A stretch of DNA of 64,000 bases from an uncultured Rhodospirillales bacterium (GTDB lineage: Bacteria > Pseudomonadota > Alphaproteobacteria > RF32 > CAG-239), in contig CACWQT010000002.1 in assembly GCA_902763185.1 (NCBI GenBank), positions 71,874 to 135,873 of the forward strand, given 5' to 3'. Positions within the stretch are counted from its first letter, which is position 1. Each line of letters starts with the position of its first letter. Shown here one piece after another: positions 1-10,872 of this stretch. The translations under genes were made by a program, and so were the position numbers. The notes below the pieces were generated by a model that saw nothing but the letters and a program-made list of their open reading frames with translations, was not told where the DNA came from and ran no database searches.

Positions 1-477
1 ATAGCCGATTTTTATTTCATCACTATTGTCACCCAAGTATATAATCAACGCATTGGCAAACGCACCACCTGTTTCGGCAACAACCCGCGCCGTCCGACTT
101 TGAACCTCCGGCGTATCATAGTGATGAAGCAATTTTTTTAATAAATCATTTTCAGCCTTAAGAGCCTTCATCCGATCTTTTAAGAGATAAAGCTCATCAT
201 TTTCTTTAATAAGTCTTTTATTTTCCTGATAAACATTGATGACAGATAACGCCTGCTTATAACCATAGCTCAGTCCGCGTGCCGGCATTGTTAGCGTATT
301 GATAACCGGAACCGTCACAAACATAACGCTTTTAGACACACCGGAAATTAAACCCAAGTCAATTTTATGCACTAAAATAAGCAACAGGGCTATCGCAAAC
401 AATCCGGCCAGAATAAACCGCTTTAATATCCGTAAAATGTAATTTTCTTTTAAGAATAAAACCCTTTGGCGAAACAT
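1..477 (-). CDS. mreC: Rod shape-determining protein MreC, N-terminal part (gene runs off the left edge)
   Basis: I translated the reverse strand from the ATG at 477..475: MFRQRVLFLKENYILRILKRFILAGLFAIALLLIL... This gives an N-terminal TM anchor followed by a coiled-coil segment (ENKRLIKENDELYLLKDRMKALKAENDLLKK). The frame is open for all 159 codons to position 1 and lies directly downstream of mreB. It is absent from the ORF track because it has no stop codon in the window. Confidence 0.65.
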   Translation of the reverse strand, partial: MFRQRVLFLKENYILRILKRFILAGLFAIALLLILVHKIDLGLISGVSKSVMFVTVPVINTLTMPARGLSYGYKQALSVINVYQENKRLIKENDELYLLKDRMKALKAENDLLKKLLHHYDTPEVQSRTARVVAETGGAFANALIIYLGDNSDEIKIGY

Positions 478-494
478 ATTTCCCCCTAAAAGGA

Positions 495-1598
<1,104 letters not shown>

Positions 1599-2525
1599 TT
1601 AAAGTGCTTTTTTAACATCTTCAACAAAATTTTTATCCGTCGCATAGCAAGACTTATAGCAGAAATCCGCTGAAAACCGATTATTAAACCAAGTAGACTG
1701 GCGTTTAGCATACTGTCTGGTATGAAGTTTTGCTTGCTCTATAGCTTCATCTAAAGAGCATTTACCCGCAAAATATGCCTTAAATTCCTGAACCCCCAAA
1801 GCATGCATTGCCGGCAAATAATCAGGAAGCTGCCGTGCCAATAACTGCTTTGCTTCATCAACAGCCCCGAGTTCGACCATTTTATCAAAGCGCACACGAC
1901 AACGATTATCTAACGCCTCTCGTGGCGGATTGATATAGATACTGACAAATTCTTCTTTTTTATAAAATGGTCTCAAAGGCTGAGATTGCCAATAACTCAT
2001 TGTCTTTTTTGTATCAAACCAAACCTCTAAAGCGCGCCTGATACGGGTTGTATCATTAGCGCTTAAACGAGCGGCGGTCGATTCGTCTACTTTTTGAAGC
2101 ATCGCATATAGTCCGGATAATCCTTCTTGTTTAAGCATAAAAGACACCTTATCTCGAATTTCTTTAGGTGTTTCCGGTATTGGCGACGCCCCCTTTTGCA
2201 GTGTTTCTAAATATAATCCTGTTCCCCCGACCACAATCGGCGTTAAATTATTTTGTCGCGCATCCGTAATTTCTTGACAACAAAGATGAAGCCAATCCAT
2301 CATATTACCATGAACCGACGCATCATAAATACCATAAAGTTTATGGGGAACAATCGCTTTATCATCATCACTTGGCGCCGCAGCAAGAATAGGAATATCG
2401 CGATACACCTGCATTGAGTCGGCATTGATGACAACACCGTTCAACGCTTTGGCAAGCGCAAGCGCCAAACCTGATTTTCCGGATGCGGTCGGACCGGCGA
2501 TGACAATTATTTTAGACACCGACAT
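1599..2525 (-). CDS. miaA: tRNA dimethylallyltransferase MiaA
   Basis: 308 aa with the P-loop IAGPTASGKSGLALALA, DSMQVYRDIPILAAAP and a typical MiaA length. It overlaps the ddl stop by 19 nt. Confidence 0.9.
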   Translation of the reverse strand: MSVSKIIVIAGPTASGKSGLALALAKALNGVVINADSMQVYRDIPILAAAPSDDDKAIVPHKLYGIYDASVHGNMMDWLHLCCQEITDARQNNLTPIVVGGTGLYLETLQKGASPIPETPKEIRDKVSFMLKQEGLSGLYAMLQKVDESTAARLSANDTTRIRRALEVWFDTKKTMSYWQSQPLRPFYKKEEFVSIYINPPREALDNRCRVRFDKMVELGAVDEAKQLLARQLPDYLPAMHALGVQEFKAYFAGKCSLDEAIEQAKLHTRQYAKRQSTWFNNRFSADFCYKSCYATDKNFVEDVKKAL

Positions 2526-3418
2526 GAAGCTTCTTCCACAAGATTACGACACAAGTCTTCATAAGATACACCGATGTATCTGGCCTGTTCCGGCACCAAT
2601 GATAAAGCAGTCATCCCCGGATGCGTGTTAATCTCTAAAAAGATAACACCGTCTTTTTCATTATAGCGAAAATCTGATCGCGATACGGTTTTGCACCCTA
2701 AGCGATTATGCATCGTCTCGGCATAAGCCATACAGGTTTTTGCCGCTGACGCCGGAATTGGTGCCGGCAAAATATGCTCAGTTGCACCACTTGTATATTT
2801 GTGCTCATAGTCATAAAAACCGCTATTGGCTTTCATCTCTGTCACCACATGGGCTTTTCCCTCATAGCACATAACTGTTAAATCATGACCGGTAATATAT
2901 TTTTCCACCAACAACTCTGTTTGCTCATCGTCATAACGAATTTTAAAAATATCTTCCGGTTTTTTCACAATAAACACGCCAACCGATGAACCGTCTGATA
3001 CCGGTTTCACCACAAACGGAAGTTCTAAAGTCGGGGCAATTTTGATAAATTCCTTAGCTGTCATCTTTTGCCCTGTCGCAATCTTAACCCCTGCCTCCTC
3101 GGCAAGAAGTTTTGTTAAATGCTTATTCATTCCGACCGCAGACGCTAATACACCGGAGTGAGTATAAGGAATTTGCAATAAATCTAAAAGCGCCGGAACG
3201 GTTCCGTCCTCGCCCCAGTTGCCATGCAATGCGTTAAATACGACATCAGGCTTTTCGGTATTGAGTGCAGTGATAAATTTTCTAGTATCAGTAAGATTAT
3301 GCGTTGTAACATTATAACCGCACTTGATAAGCGCCGCCGCAACACCTCTGCCGCTTTCTATACTGACTTCTTTTTCAGAAGAAAAACCGCCCATTAAAAC
3401 CATCACTTTTTTAGTCAT
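2507..3418 (-). CDS. ddl: D-alanine--D-alanine ligase
   Basis: 303 aa. The N-terminus VLMGGFSSEKEVSIESG, the ATP-grasp core and the C-terminal EINTHPGMT are typical of Ddl. Confidence 0.9.
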   Translation of the reverse strand: MTKKVMVLMGGFSSEKEVSIESGRGVAAALIKCGYNVTTHNLTDTRKFITALNTEKPDVVFNALHGNWGEDGTVPALLDLLQIPYTHSGVLASAVGMNKHLTKLLAEEAGVKIATGQKMTAKEFIKIAPTLELPFVVKPVSDGSSVGVFIVKKPEDIFKIRYDDEQTELLVEKYITGHDLTVMCYEGKAHVVTEMKANSGFYDYEHKYTSGATEHILPAPIPASAAKTCMAYAETMHNRLGCKTVSRSDFRYNEKDGVIFLEINTHPGMTALSLVPEQARYIGVSYEDLCRNLVEEASCRCLK

Positions 3419-3492
3419 TATTTAACTCCTTTTGATTTAATATCCGTAATAAGATGTAATTTAACGTCAATATTTTAAGAAAGGTTAAAGAC

Positions 3493-4269
3493 ATGGCTAA
3501 AAAAATATTTTTATTTTGTTTGAGCATATTTGCGATGATAAACAGTGCCGAAGCTGTAACACTTAATCAACAAATGGATGTCAACATCGGTGTTTTTGAT
3601 GCCGCCAAAATTGAACTGAATTACAAAGCCAATCAGGACAACTTTTTAATCAACGCCATCGTTAATACTGCCAATCTTTTTAACACACTTTATCCTTTTA
3701 AGGGCAAATACCAAAGCAAAGGGGATATCGTAAATGACAAGATGAAACCAGAAATTTATGAAACCGAAACCCAAACCCGCAACCATGTCCGCACCAAAAA
3801 AATCTTTTACGACGACAAGGGTATTGCTTATAAACGGCTTTCAACCAAAGACAAAAAAGTTAGCGAAAAACCGATTATAAACGTTCCGCCATCGGTTAAT
3901 GCCGCGGATTTGCAAAGTGTGTTTGCTGATTTGCTAAATCAATTTTTAAAAACGCAATCATGCAATATGACGCGCGAGGTTTATGACGGCAAAAAACACT
4001 ATAAAGTCATTGCAAAAGATAACGGTATGGATAAACGTTACTTCACTTGGTATCAAAAAGAAGAACAAGCCTACCGTTGTTCCATTTACATAGAAAACCT
4101 TAAGGACAACAACGATAATATTTTATGGGAAGTAACTGCCGAAAAGCCGATTAAACTCTGGATCGGCCAAGATAAAAAAACAAAAATGCCGTTTGTATTG
4201 CAAATTGTGATTGACTCTACCCCGCTCGGTATGCTAGAGGTAACGCCAAGCAAAGTCGAAATAAATTAA
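3493..4269 (+). CDS. Secreted hypothetical protein (possibly DUF3108-like)
   Basis: 258 aa with a clear signal peptide (MAKKIFLFCLSIFAMINSAEA) and no catalytic motif that I recognise. The family assignment is only a guess. Confidence 0.5.
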   Translation: MAKKIFLFCLSIFAMINSAEAVTLNQQMDVNIGVFDAAKIELNYKANQDNFLINAIVNTANLFNTLYPFKGKYQSKGDIVNDKMKPEIYETETQTRNHVRTKKIFYDDKGIAYKRLSTKDKKVSEKPIINVPPSVNAADLQSVFADLLNQFLKTQSCNMTREVYDGKKHYKVIAKDNGMDKRYFTWYQKEEQAYRCSIYIENLKDNNDNILWEVTAEKPIKLWIGQDKKTKMPFVLQIVIDSTPLGMLEVTPSKVEIN

Positions 4270-4280
4270 GGAAAAATAAT

Positions 4281-5672
4281 ATGCATAGAGCTGAGCTTTT
4301 ATTACCGGCAGGTTCACTTGTTAAGCTAAAAACGGCACTTTTATACGGGGCTGATGCGGTTTATGCCGGCACTCCCGATATGAGTCTGCGCACCCAATCC
4401 AAATTCTCGCTTGAAGAGTTAAAAGAAGGCATAGATTTAGTGCATGCCGCCGGTAAAAAAATTTACTTAACGCTCAACCTTTATATCCACAATGAAGAGG
4501 CTGAAAAGCTACCGCAATTTGTTGCAACGCTCAAGAAATTGATGCCAGACGGCGTATTGGTTGCAGACCCCGGTGTCTTTTATTACTTAAAAGAAAATGC
4601 CCCTGAGCTTAACCGCTTTGTTTCCACCCAAGCCAATATCTGCTCGGCACAAACCGTCAAATTTTGGCAATCCATGGGCGCCAAACTCTGTGTTTTAGGG
4701 CGCGAGGTTACCTTTGCCGAGATGAAAGAAATTCGCCAACAATGTCCCGATATTGAGCTTGAATGCTTTATGCATGGGGCAATGTGCATGTCCTATTCCG
4801 GACGTTGTCTCATCTCTAACTTTTTAGCCGACCGCAGTGCCAACAAAGGCAAATGCGCCCACTGTTGCCGTTGGCATTATAAACTCCATATCCGCTTAAA
4901 AGACGGCACGGTTAAAGAGCTTTTGATAGATGATAACAACAAAGATAATTTTGAATATCTTTTGGAAGAAGATTTCCGCCCCGGTGAATATTATGAGGTG
5001 GTGGAAGATGACCACGGAAGCTACATTTTAAATTCTAAAGACATGTGTTTAATGCCGCGGCTTAATGATTTGCTTAATATCGGTATGGATTCGCTAAAAG
5101 TAGAAGGACGTAATAAAACCGAGTATTACGCCGGTGTCGTGGCGCGCGCTTATCGGCAGGCAATAGATGATTATTATAATGCGCCAAAGACATGGAATCC
5201 CGAAAAATATATGCCGGAATTGATGACTTTGCAAAATCGCGGTTATTGTTTAGGTTTCCATGATGGCAAAATCACCAACATCAGCCAAAATTATGAATAT
5301 ACGCGCACCTTGGGCGAGTGGCTGTTTGCCGGCTCCATTGTTGAGTGGCAAGGCGATGACGCGATTTTTGAACTGAGGAATTACATAGAAGCCGGTGAAC
5401 CGATAGAATTTCTCATCCCTCACGGTTTGAATAATCTGACATTGACCTTAAAGGAATTTGAAGATGCCGACACCGGTGAAGTAACCGCAAAAGTTTCTGC
5501 CGGACAAGGCAAGAAAATCCGCATCAAACCAGCCCAATGGGATAAGCCTGTATCTGAGATAAAAAAGCTTTTACCGCAATATGTAATTGCCCGTAAATTC
5601 CAAGGGCTGAAAGGCGAAAATGCCGAAATGTATCAGCATAAACTCGCTGAGTGGAATAAGTTAAAAGGCTAA
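4281..5672 (+). CDS. Peptidase U32 family protein (collagenase-like / tRNA hydroxylation TrhP-like family)
   Basis: 463 aa. It carries the U32 signature ECFMHGAMCMSYSGRCLISNF and the conserved downstream SLKVEGR. Confidence 0.85.
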   Translation: MHRAELLLPAGSLVKLKTALLYGADAVYAGTPDMSLRTQSKFSLEELKEGIDLVHAAGKKIYLTLNLYIHNEEAEKLPQFVATLKKLMPDGVLVADPGVFYYLKENAPELNRFVSTQANICSAQTVKFWQSMGAKLCVLGREVTFAEMKEIRQQCPDIELECFMHGAMCMSYSGRCLISNFLADRSANKGKCAHCCRWHYKLHIRLKDGTVKELLIDDNNKDNFEYLLEEDFRPGEYYEVVEDDHGSYILNSKDMCLMPRLNDLLNIGMDSLKVEGRNKTEYYAGVVARAYRQAIDDYYNAPKTWNPEKYMPELMTLQNRGYCLGFHDGKITNISQNYEYTRTLGEWLFAGSIVEWQGDDAIFELRNYIEAGEPIEFLIPHGLNNLTLTLKEFEDADTGEVTAKVSAGQGKKIRIKPAQWDKPVSEIKKLLPQYVIARKFQGLKGENAEMYQHKLAEWNKLKG

Positions 5673-5721
5673 GTATTTAAGGCAAAACATTAAAAACCGA
5701 AAAATCGCCATAAAAGCAATT

Positions 5722-5846
5722 TTGCAAAGGGTGGAATAAAGTGCGGTGCTATCGTCGGATGTCCTGCCCTAAAGCGGAGCTTACTTAAGGGTAAGTGAGC
5801 ATTTAGGGACAGGCTTCCATCCGGCGATATGACCGTACTTTAGCAC
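5722..5846. repeat. Structured hairpin element, type B copy 1, with a GCAAAGGGTGG left flank and a CCCCCAC right flank
   Basis: The 94-nt imperfect hairpin at 5738..5831 pairs aaagtgcggtgctatcgtcggatgtcctgccctaaa with tttagggacaggcttccatccggcgatatgaccgtacttt. It shares ATGTCCTG (5749..5756) and ACAGGCTTCCAT (5799..5810) with the copy at 11056..11163. Confidence 0.75.
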
Positions 5847-5848
5847 AT

Positions 5849-5880
5849 CCCCCACTACAAAATCAAAAGAGCCACCTTGC
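5849..5880 (-). terminator. Rho-independent terminator of rpoA
   Basis: The reverse strand reads GGAGCUGCC-GCAA-GGUGGCUC followed by UUUUGAUUUU. This is a GNRA-capped stem plus a U-run, about 40 nt after the rpoA stop. Confidence 0.7.
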
Positions 5881-5917
5881 GGCAGCTCCTTATACGCAAT
5901 ATTTAAAGATTTAAGAT

Positions 5918-6928
5918 TTAGAAATGCTCATCGCACTTTTTAATCAACTCTTCAATATTCTCTGGTGGCCAACCCGGAGTTTCCATACCGAGATGGATTC
6001 CCATCTTAGCCAATACTTCTTTAATTTCGTTCAAAGACTTACGACCAAAGTTCGGTGTGCGGAGCATTTCTGCTTCTGTCTTTTGAACCAAATCACCGAT
6101 ATAAACGATATTGTCGTTCTTTAAGCAGTTTGCTGAACGAACAGAAAGCTCAAGTTCATCAACCTTGCGCAGAAGATTTCTGTCAAACGGAAGCTCTTCT
6201 TTAACATCAACAACTTCGCTTTCCGGCTCATCAAAGTTAATAAACGGCTTCAATTGGTCTTGCAAAATACGTGCAGACAAGGCAACGGCATCTTCAGGTG
6301 ATACCACACCGTTTGTTTCAACAACCATTGTCAACTTGTCATAATCTGTATTTTGACCGACACGAGTCTTATCAACTTTATAAGAAACTTTACGAACAGG
6401 AGAATAAATTGCATCAACAGCAATCACGCCGATTGTTGCATCAGCAGCCTTGTTTTGCACGGCAGGAACATAACCTTTACCTGTGCCTACTGTCATTTCC
6501 ATAGAAATTTTAGCACCTGCATCCAAAGTGCAGATAACATGATCAGGATTCATAATTTCAACATCATGACCTGTTTCAATCATACCGGCAGTAACAACTT
6601 TCGGACCTTCTGCCTTCAAGCGCATAATCTTCTGCCCTTCGGAATGAACGGCAACCGCCAATCCTTTAATATTTAAGATAACGTCAGTTACATCTTCACG
6701 CATGCCTTCAACAACTGAAAACTCGTGCAACACGCCGTCAATTTTAACGGAAGTAACTGCTCCGCCTTGTAAAGAAGATAACAAAACTCTTCTTAAGGCA
6801 TTACCTAAAGTTAAACCAAAACCTCTTTCCAAAGGTTCTACGACAATTTTCGCAATATTTTTGCCTTCGCCAGAATTAACCTCCAAATTAGTCGGTTTAA
6901 TTAGTTCTTGCCAATTTTTCTGAATCAC
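5918..6928 (-). CDS. rpoA: DNA-directed RNA polymerase subunit alpha
   Basis: 336 aa: [12 protein letters not shown]..., [18 protein letters not shown], and a C-terminal domain with [12 protein letters not shown]. Confidence 0.95.
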   Translation of the reverse strand: MIQKNWQELIKPTNLEVNSGEGKNIAKIVVEPLERGFGLTLGNALRRVLLSSLQGGAVTSVKIDGVLHEFSVVEGMREDVTDVILNIKGLAVAVHSEGQKIMRLKAEGPKVVTAGMIETGHDVEIMNPDHVICTLDAGAKISMEMTVGTGKGYVPAVQNKAADATIGVIAVDAIYSPVRKVSYKVDKTRVGQNTDYDKLTMVVETNGVVSPEDAVALSARILQDQLKPFINFDEPESEVVDVKEELPFDRNLLRKVDELELSVRSANCLKNDNIVYIGDLVQKTEAEMLRTPNFGRKSLNEIKEVLAKMGIHLGMETPGWPPENIEELIKKCDEHF

Positions 6929-7015
6929 CGGAACACCCCTCTAATAGTTTATGTGCAATATACTATAACAAGTAGAGGAACAGATTCGCTCTTTCCTCTA
7001 CTTAAAACTCTAAAA

Positions 7016-7399
7016 TTAAACTCTGCGGCGTTTTCTTAAACGGCAGCCGTTATGCGGAATAGGAGTTACATCACGAATAGAAGTAATGGTAAATCCGATA
7101 ACCTGTAAAGCTCTGATAGCCGATTCGCGACCAGAACCAGGTCCCTTAACTTCAACTTCCAAAGTCTTCATACCATTTTCTTGTGCTTTTTTACCGGCTT
7201 CCTCGGCAGCAACTTGAGCAGCATACGGCGTAGATTTACGAGAGCCCTTAAAGCCCTGTGCACCGGCAGTAGACCAAGCAACTGTATTACCTTGAGCATC
7301 GGTAATTGTAACTCTAGTATTGTTAAATGTAGAATTTACATGAGCAACACCAGAGGTGATGTTCTTCTTTTCTTTCTTTTTAATAACTGTTTTTGCCAT
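7016..7399 (-). CDS. rpsK: 30S ribosomal protein S11
   Basis: 127 aa: [18 protein letters not shown] ... [13 protein letters not shown]. Confidence 0.95.
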   Translation of the reverse strand: MAKTVIKKKEKKNITSGVAHVNSTFNNTRVTITDAQGNTVAWSTAGAQGFKGSRKSTPYAAQVAAEEAGKKAQENGMKTLEVEVKGPGSGRESAIRALQVIGFTITSIRDVTPIPHNGCRLRKRRRV

Positions 7400-7410
7400 C
7401 GCTACCTCAC

Positions 7411-7779
7411 TTACTTCTTCTTATTAGCAACAGTCTTGCGCTTACCTTTACGGGTTCTCGCATTTTGTTTTGTGCTTTGTCCGCGAACCGGCAAGCCTTT
7501 ACGATGACGAAGACCGCGGTAGCAACCTAAATCCATTAAGCGTTTAATGTTAACGCCGACTTCACGACGAAGTTCACCTTCAACGAGGTAGTCCTTATCA
7601 ATAACTTCACGAACCTTAGCGATATCTTCATCAGAGAGCTCATGCACCCGACGATCACCAGCTACGCCCGCTTTTGCACAGATAACCTGTGCGGTTTCTC
7701 TCCCGATGCCATAGATAGAGGTCAGAGCAATCTCAAGTTTCTTGGCAGTAGGAATATTTACACCAGCTATACGAGCCAA
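7411..7779 (-). CDS. rpsM: 30S ribosomal protein S13 (TTG start)
   Basis: 122 aa: [10 protein letters not shown]..., [22 protein letters not shown]. The start codon is TTG, preceded by GGAG. Confidence 0.95.
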   Translation of the reverse strand: MARIAGVNIPTAKKLEIALTSIYGIGRETAQVICAKAGVAGDRRVHELSDEDIAKVREVIDKDYLVEGELRREVGVNIKRLMDLGCYRGLRHRKGLPVRGQSTKQNARTRKGKRKTVANKKK

Positions 7780-7849
7780 ATTAAATCTCCATTTATTTAT
7801 ATATTAAACCATTCAAAAAGTTGATCACCACTTTTCAAAATTACTGCGG

Positions 7850-7877
7850 ATTATAGAACATAAATTCCTACTGTCAA
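7850..7877 (-). promoter_or_regulatory. Near-consensus sigma70-type promoter for rpsM-rpsK-rpoA
   Basis: The reverse strand reads TTGACA (7877..7872), a 16-nt spacer, then TATAAT (7855..7850), about 70 nt upstream of the rpsM start. Confidence 0.6.
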
Positions 7878-8047
7878 CAGTTCTTTTAAAAAAAATTAAA
7901 AAAAATGCATTTTAAATGAAAAGGTTAACCGGACTTTGACTTACTTGAGAACAGTGACCAATCGACTACCATTTATAACAAACCCAAAAAACAATCGTCT
8001 AAAATGAAACCATTTAATTAAAATACAAATCCCTCCAAGTTTTATAC

Positions 8048-9574
8048 CTATTCTTTTAAGGATGCATTGATGGCGTTTTCTTGCGCCCAATTTCGTATAG
8101 TATTAATATCATCCATCCTCATTTTAGCCATAGGAACCATTCTCTTTAATACTTTTTCAAAATCAGCCATGGACAAATTAGATTTACTTTCACCATTTAT
8201 CTTTCTTACATATGCTTCTAGTAGTGAATCCTTTACCCATGACTCAATTTCAGCTCCAGTTAGACGTATATTTTTACCAAGATTACTTTCTCCAGAAAGT
8301 TTTGCCAATTTATCTAAATCATAATTTTTTATATCTCTGCCTATTTTTCTTATATGGATTTCTAATATTTTCTTCCTTTCCTCAAAGTCTGGTAAATCCA
8401 CAAAGAAAATTTCATCAAAACGACCTTTACGGAGTAATTCTGGTGGAAGGCTAGTAATATTATTAGCTGTTGCAAAGGTAAATACTGAAGCCGTTTTATC
8501 TTGCATCCAAGTTAATATATTGCCCAAAACTCTAGAAGATGTGCCTGAATCGTTATCATTTTGAAGTCCTTTTTCAATCTCATCTATCCATAATACACAA
8601 GGTGCAATTGCTTCTGCTGTTTTTATAGCCTGTCTGATATTAGCTTCTGATTCTCCAATATATTTTCCATAGATTTTACCAATATCTAGCTTTAACAACG
8701 GCATATTCCAAGCCTTAGCTATACATTTTGCCGTTAAAGATTTTCCACATCCTGGAACTCCAACTAATAAAACGCCTTTAGGTGCTGTTAATCCAAACTT
8801 TTGAGCATCATCAGAAAATGTTTTACCTCTTATTTCAAGCCAATATTTTAAATTATCTAGGCCACCGATATCTTCTAACGATAAGGAATTTTCAATGTAT
8901 TCTAAAATTCCACTTTTTCGGATAATCTGTTTCTTTTCCTTAACAATGCTTTTAACATCACTAATATCTAGGCAATGATCTTCAACCAAAGCACGTGATA
9001 AACAATTTTCTATTTCAGCGTGGGTTAGTCCAATTGCAGCATCTGTTAAAGCCGTTATAACTTCTGGAGATGTATCAATCTGTGCTTTTTCTTCATCTTG
9101 ATAATCATCCATAAATTTTTTAATTTGTTTCTTAATAGATTCCCTATCTGGTAATGGATAATCTAATACCGTTACCTCTGATGCAATATCCTTACTTATA
9201 TCAGATGATGTGGAGATTATAATACAATTACATCTGTACCCTTTATGCCTGATGTTTATGGCAAATTCCTTAAATTCTCTTTCGTACGCAGAAAGCGAGA
9301 CATCAAAAAATACAAAAATTGCAGGTTTATCTAATTTTGCAAGTTTTTCACATGCTTTAATAGCGGTCTCCACATTTTTTGTGTATTCTTGATTTTCAAA
9401 ATCAATATGCTTTCCCTTCAGTCCAGAAACTGAACTCCAAGTTACTAAATAATGCTCTAGTGATTTGGTTATTTTTTCTATATCTGTAAGTAATCTATCC
9501 TCCTCAACAGTTTGAACCAAAATCAGAGGGTACCTAGCTTTGATATAATTTTTTAATTCATCACTAAAAGTCAT
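8048..9574 (-). CDS. Ycf46-like AAA+ ATPase (classic-clade AAA module with a roughly 260-aa N-terminal domain)
   Basis: It has Walker A GVPGCGKS, Walker B VLWIDEIE, and second-region-of-homology/Arg residues ATANNITSLPPELLRKGRFDEIFF. The N-terminal segment IKARYPLILVQTVEEDRL and the linker EKKQIIRKSGILEY...IGGLDNLK match my memory of the Ycf46 family. The ATG at 9574 has an AAAGGA RBS 6 nt upstream; the ORF track extends it to a TTG at 9589. Confidence 0.85.
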   Translation of the reverse strand: MTFSDELKNYIKARYPLILVQTVEEDRLLTDIEKITKSLEHYLVTWSSVSGLKGKHIDFENQEYTKNVETAIKACEKLAKLDKPAIFVFFDVSLSAYEREFKEFAINIRHKGYRCNCIIISTSSDISKDIASEVTVLDYPLPDRESIKKQIKKFMDDYQDEEKAQIDTSPEVITALTDAAIGLTHAEIENCLSRALVEDHCLDISDVKSIVKEKKQIIRKSGILEYIENSLSLEDIGGLDNLKYWLEIRGKTFSDDAQKFGLTAPKGVLLVGVPGCGKSLTAKCIAKAWNMPLLKLDIGKIYGKYIGESEANIRQAIKTAEAIAPCVLWIDEIEKGLQNDNDSGTSSRVLGNILTWMQDKTASVFTFATANNITSLPPELLRKGRFDEIFFVDLPDFEERKKILEIHIRKIGRDIKNYDLDKLAKLSGESNLGKNIRLTGAEIESWVKDSLLEAYVRKINGESKSNLSMADFEKVLKRMVPMAKMRMDDINTIRNWAQENAINASLKE

Positions 9575-9591
9575 TGCCCATCCTTTCAATA

Positions 9592-10794
9592 TTACAATTC
9601 CAAACGTCTTTTGGTATTTTTCGGCTTTTTCTTCTGCTTCATTGAAGAAGGTAAAGTCTCATTGGTAACATTTTCGTTATCAGATGAAGAACTTGCAATA
9701 TTTTTTATAGATTTTAAGACTCCATTTTCAAATGTTCCTGCTATTTTGGGATTACCATCTTCATCATGGGTAATAATTTCTCCATCAAACACACCACCAT
9801 TGTAAGTCGCTTTTGTTCGAGGTTTTCCGTCTTCATTAAAATTTTCTGTAGTTTCTAATACCCCATCTTTATAATGTGCAATGCATGTAACATTGCCAAC
9901 TTCATCATAAGTAATTGTTTCACCGTTTAATAATCCATTTTTATATGATGCATCTGTTTGAATACCTCCTGTATTGTAATATGCTTTTATGTTAATTATT
10001 TGATCATTCGCCCAATTTTCTTCTCGCGTTAAACGACCACTATTGTCATAATACTTTGAGATACCTTCTAATACATCGTTTGCATAAGTTGCTTCACTTT
10101 GCAGGGCACCATGGGGATAATAAAGTTTTGCGGTACCTTCAATCACACCATTTTTATACGGCATTTCACTTTTTAAGAAACAACCAGAATAAGCTTTTGA
10201 AATACCTTCAATTACTCCATTAACAAAGGGTGTTTCTGCTTCTAAATTTCCGTATTTATCATATTTTTTTGCCACACCATTTAATACATCATCATAGAAT
10301 TGAAATTCATATTCCAAATTACCTTTTTTATCGTATTGTTTCCATAGCCCATATTTTTTATTTCTATAGATTTTTCCTTCCCTATACAAATTTCCATTTC
10401 TATAATATTCTTGTGTTGTTTTAGCTAATTTAGCTTCATTTTCCTTGTTTTTTTCAGAATTTGATGAAGAAATTAAAGCAATAAGTAAAAATAAGACTAT
10501 CCAAACTATAAAAGATGTTTCACTTGATGTCTTTATAGCTCCTTGCGTTAAATATTTTTTTGCTATGTATCCTGTAATACTAACGTCAAAATTTTTAAGT
10601 TTAACAGTTGATTTAACCCACCCACTTGAGTGAAGTTCACCACTTATCTCTTGCCCTTTAGTTAAACTTCCTAAAATTCTGCATTTAGTACTAGCACATT
10701 CCCGAATATTAACAGATGCATTTGCCGTATAAACATTAGCATACGCATTTGATGAATTAAATAGAAATAAAATAAAAAATAAATATTTCAGCAC
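9592..10794 (-). CDS. Membrane protein: signal peptide + SH3b domain (outside) + one TM + about 10 MORN-variant (YwqK-type) repeats (inside) + Lys-rich tail
   Basis: It has a GTG start with GGAG 7 nt upstream. The order is signal peptide MLKYLFFILFLFNSSNAYA, then an SH3b-like segment (ANASVNIRECASTKCRILGSLTKGQEISGELHSSGWVKS), then the TM FIVWIVLFLLIALISSS followed by a K-rich segment. After that come repeated ~23-aa units (YxNGxxEGxxKxYxxxGxLxxE) and the tail KQKKKPKNTKRRLEL. Confidence 0.8.
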   Translation of the reverse strand: MLKYLFFILFLFNSSNAYANVYTANASVNIRECASTKCRILGSLTKGQEISGELHSSGWVKSTVKLKNFDVSITGYIAKKYLTQGAIKTSSETSFIVWIVLFLLIALISSSNSEKNKENEAKLAKTTQEYYRNGNLYREGKIYRNKKYGLWKQYDKKGNLEYEFQFYDDVLNGVAKKYDKYGNLEAETPFVNGVIEGISKAYSGCFLKSEMPYKNGVIEGTAKLYYPHGALQSEATYANDVLEGISKYYDNSGRLTREENWANDQIINIKAYYNTGGIQTDASYKNGLLNGETITYDEVGNVTCIAHYKDGVLETTENFNEDGKPRTKATYNGGVFDGEIITHDEDGNPKIAGTFENGVLKSIKNIASSSSDNENVTNETLPSSMKQKKKPKNTKRRLEL

Positions 10795-10872
10795 CCTTTG
10801 ACTCCATAACTACCCATATAAACTAAAATAAAAATAGATATAATGCAACCAATTTATCTTTTATTTCTAATC

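Noticed and set aside
5924-6923. A series of forward-strand ORFs (66-107 aa) overlapping rpoA. Analogous antisense ORFs overlap mreB, secY, malQ, glgX, glgB, the autotransporter, LysR and the AAA+ gene.
   Set aside because: All are antisense shadows of strongly supported genes. They have no RBS and no recognisable motifs, and their composition is typical of the antisense frame.
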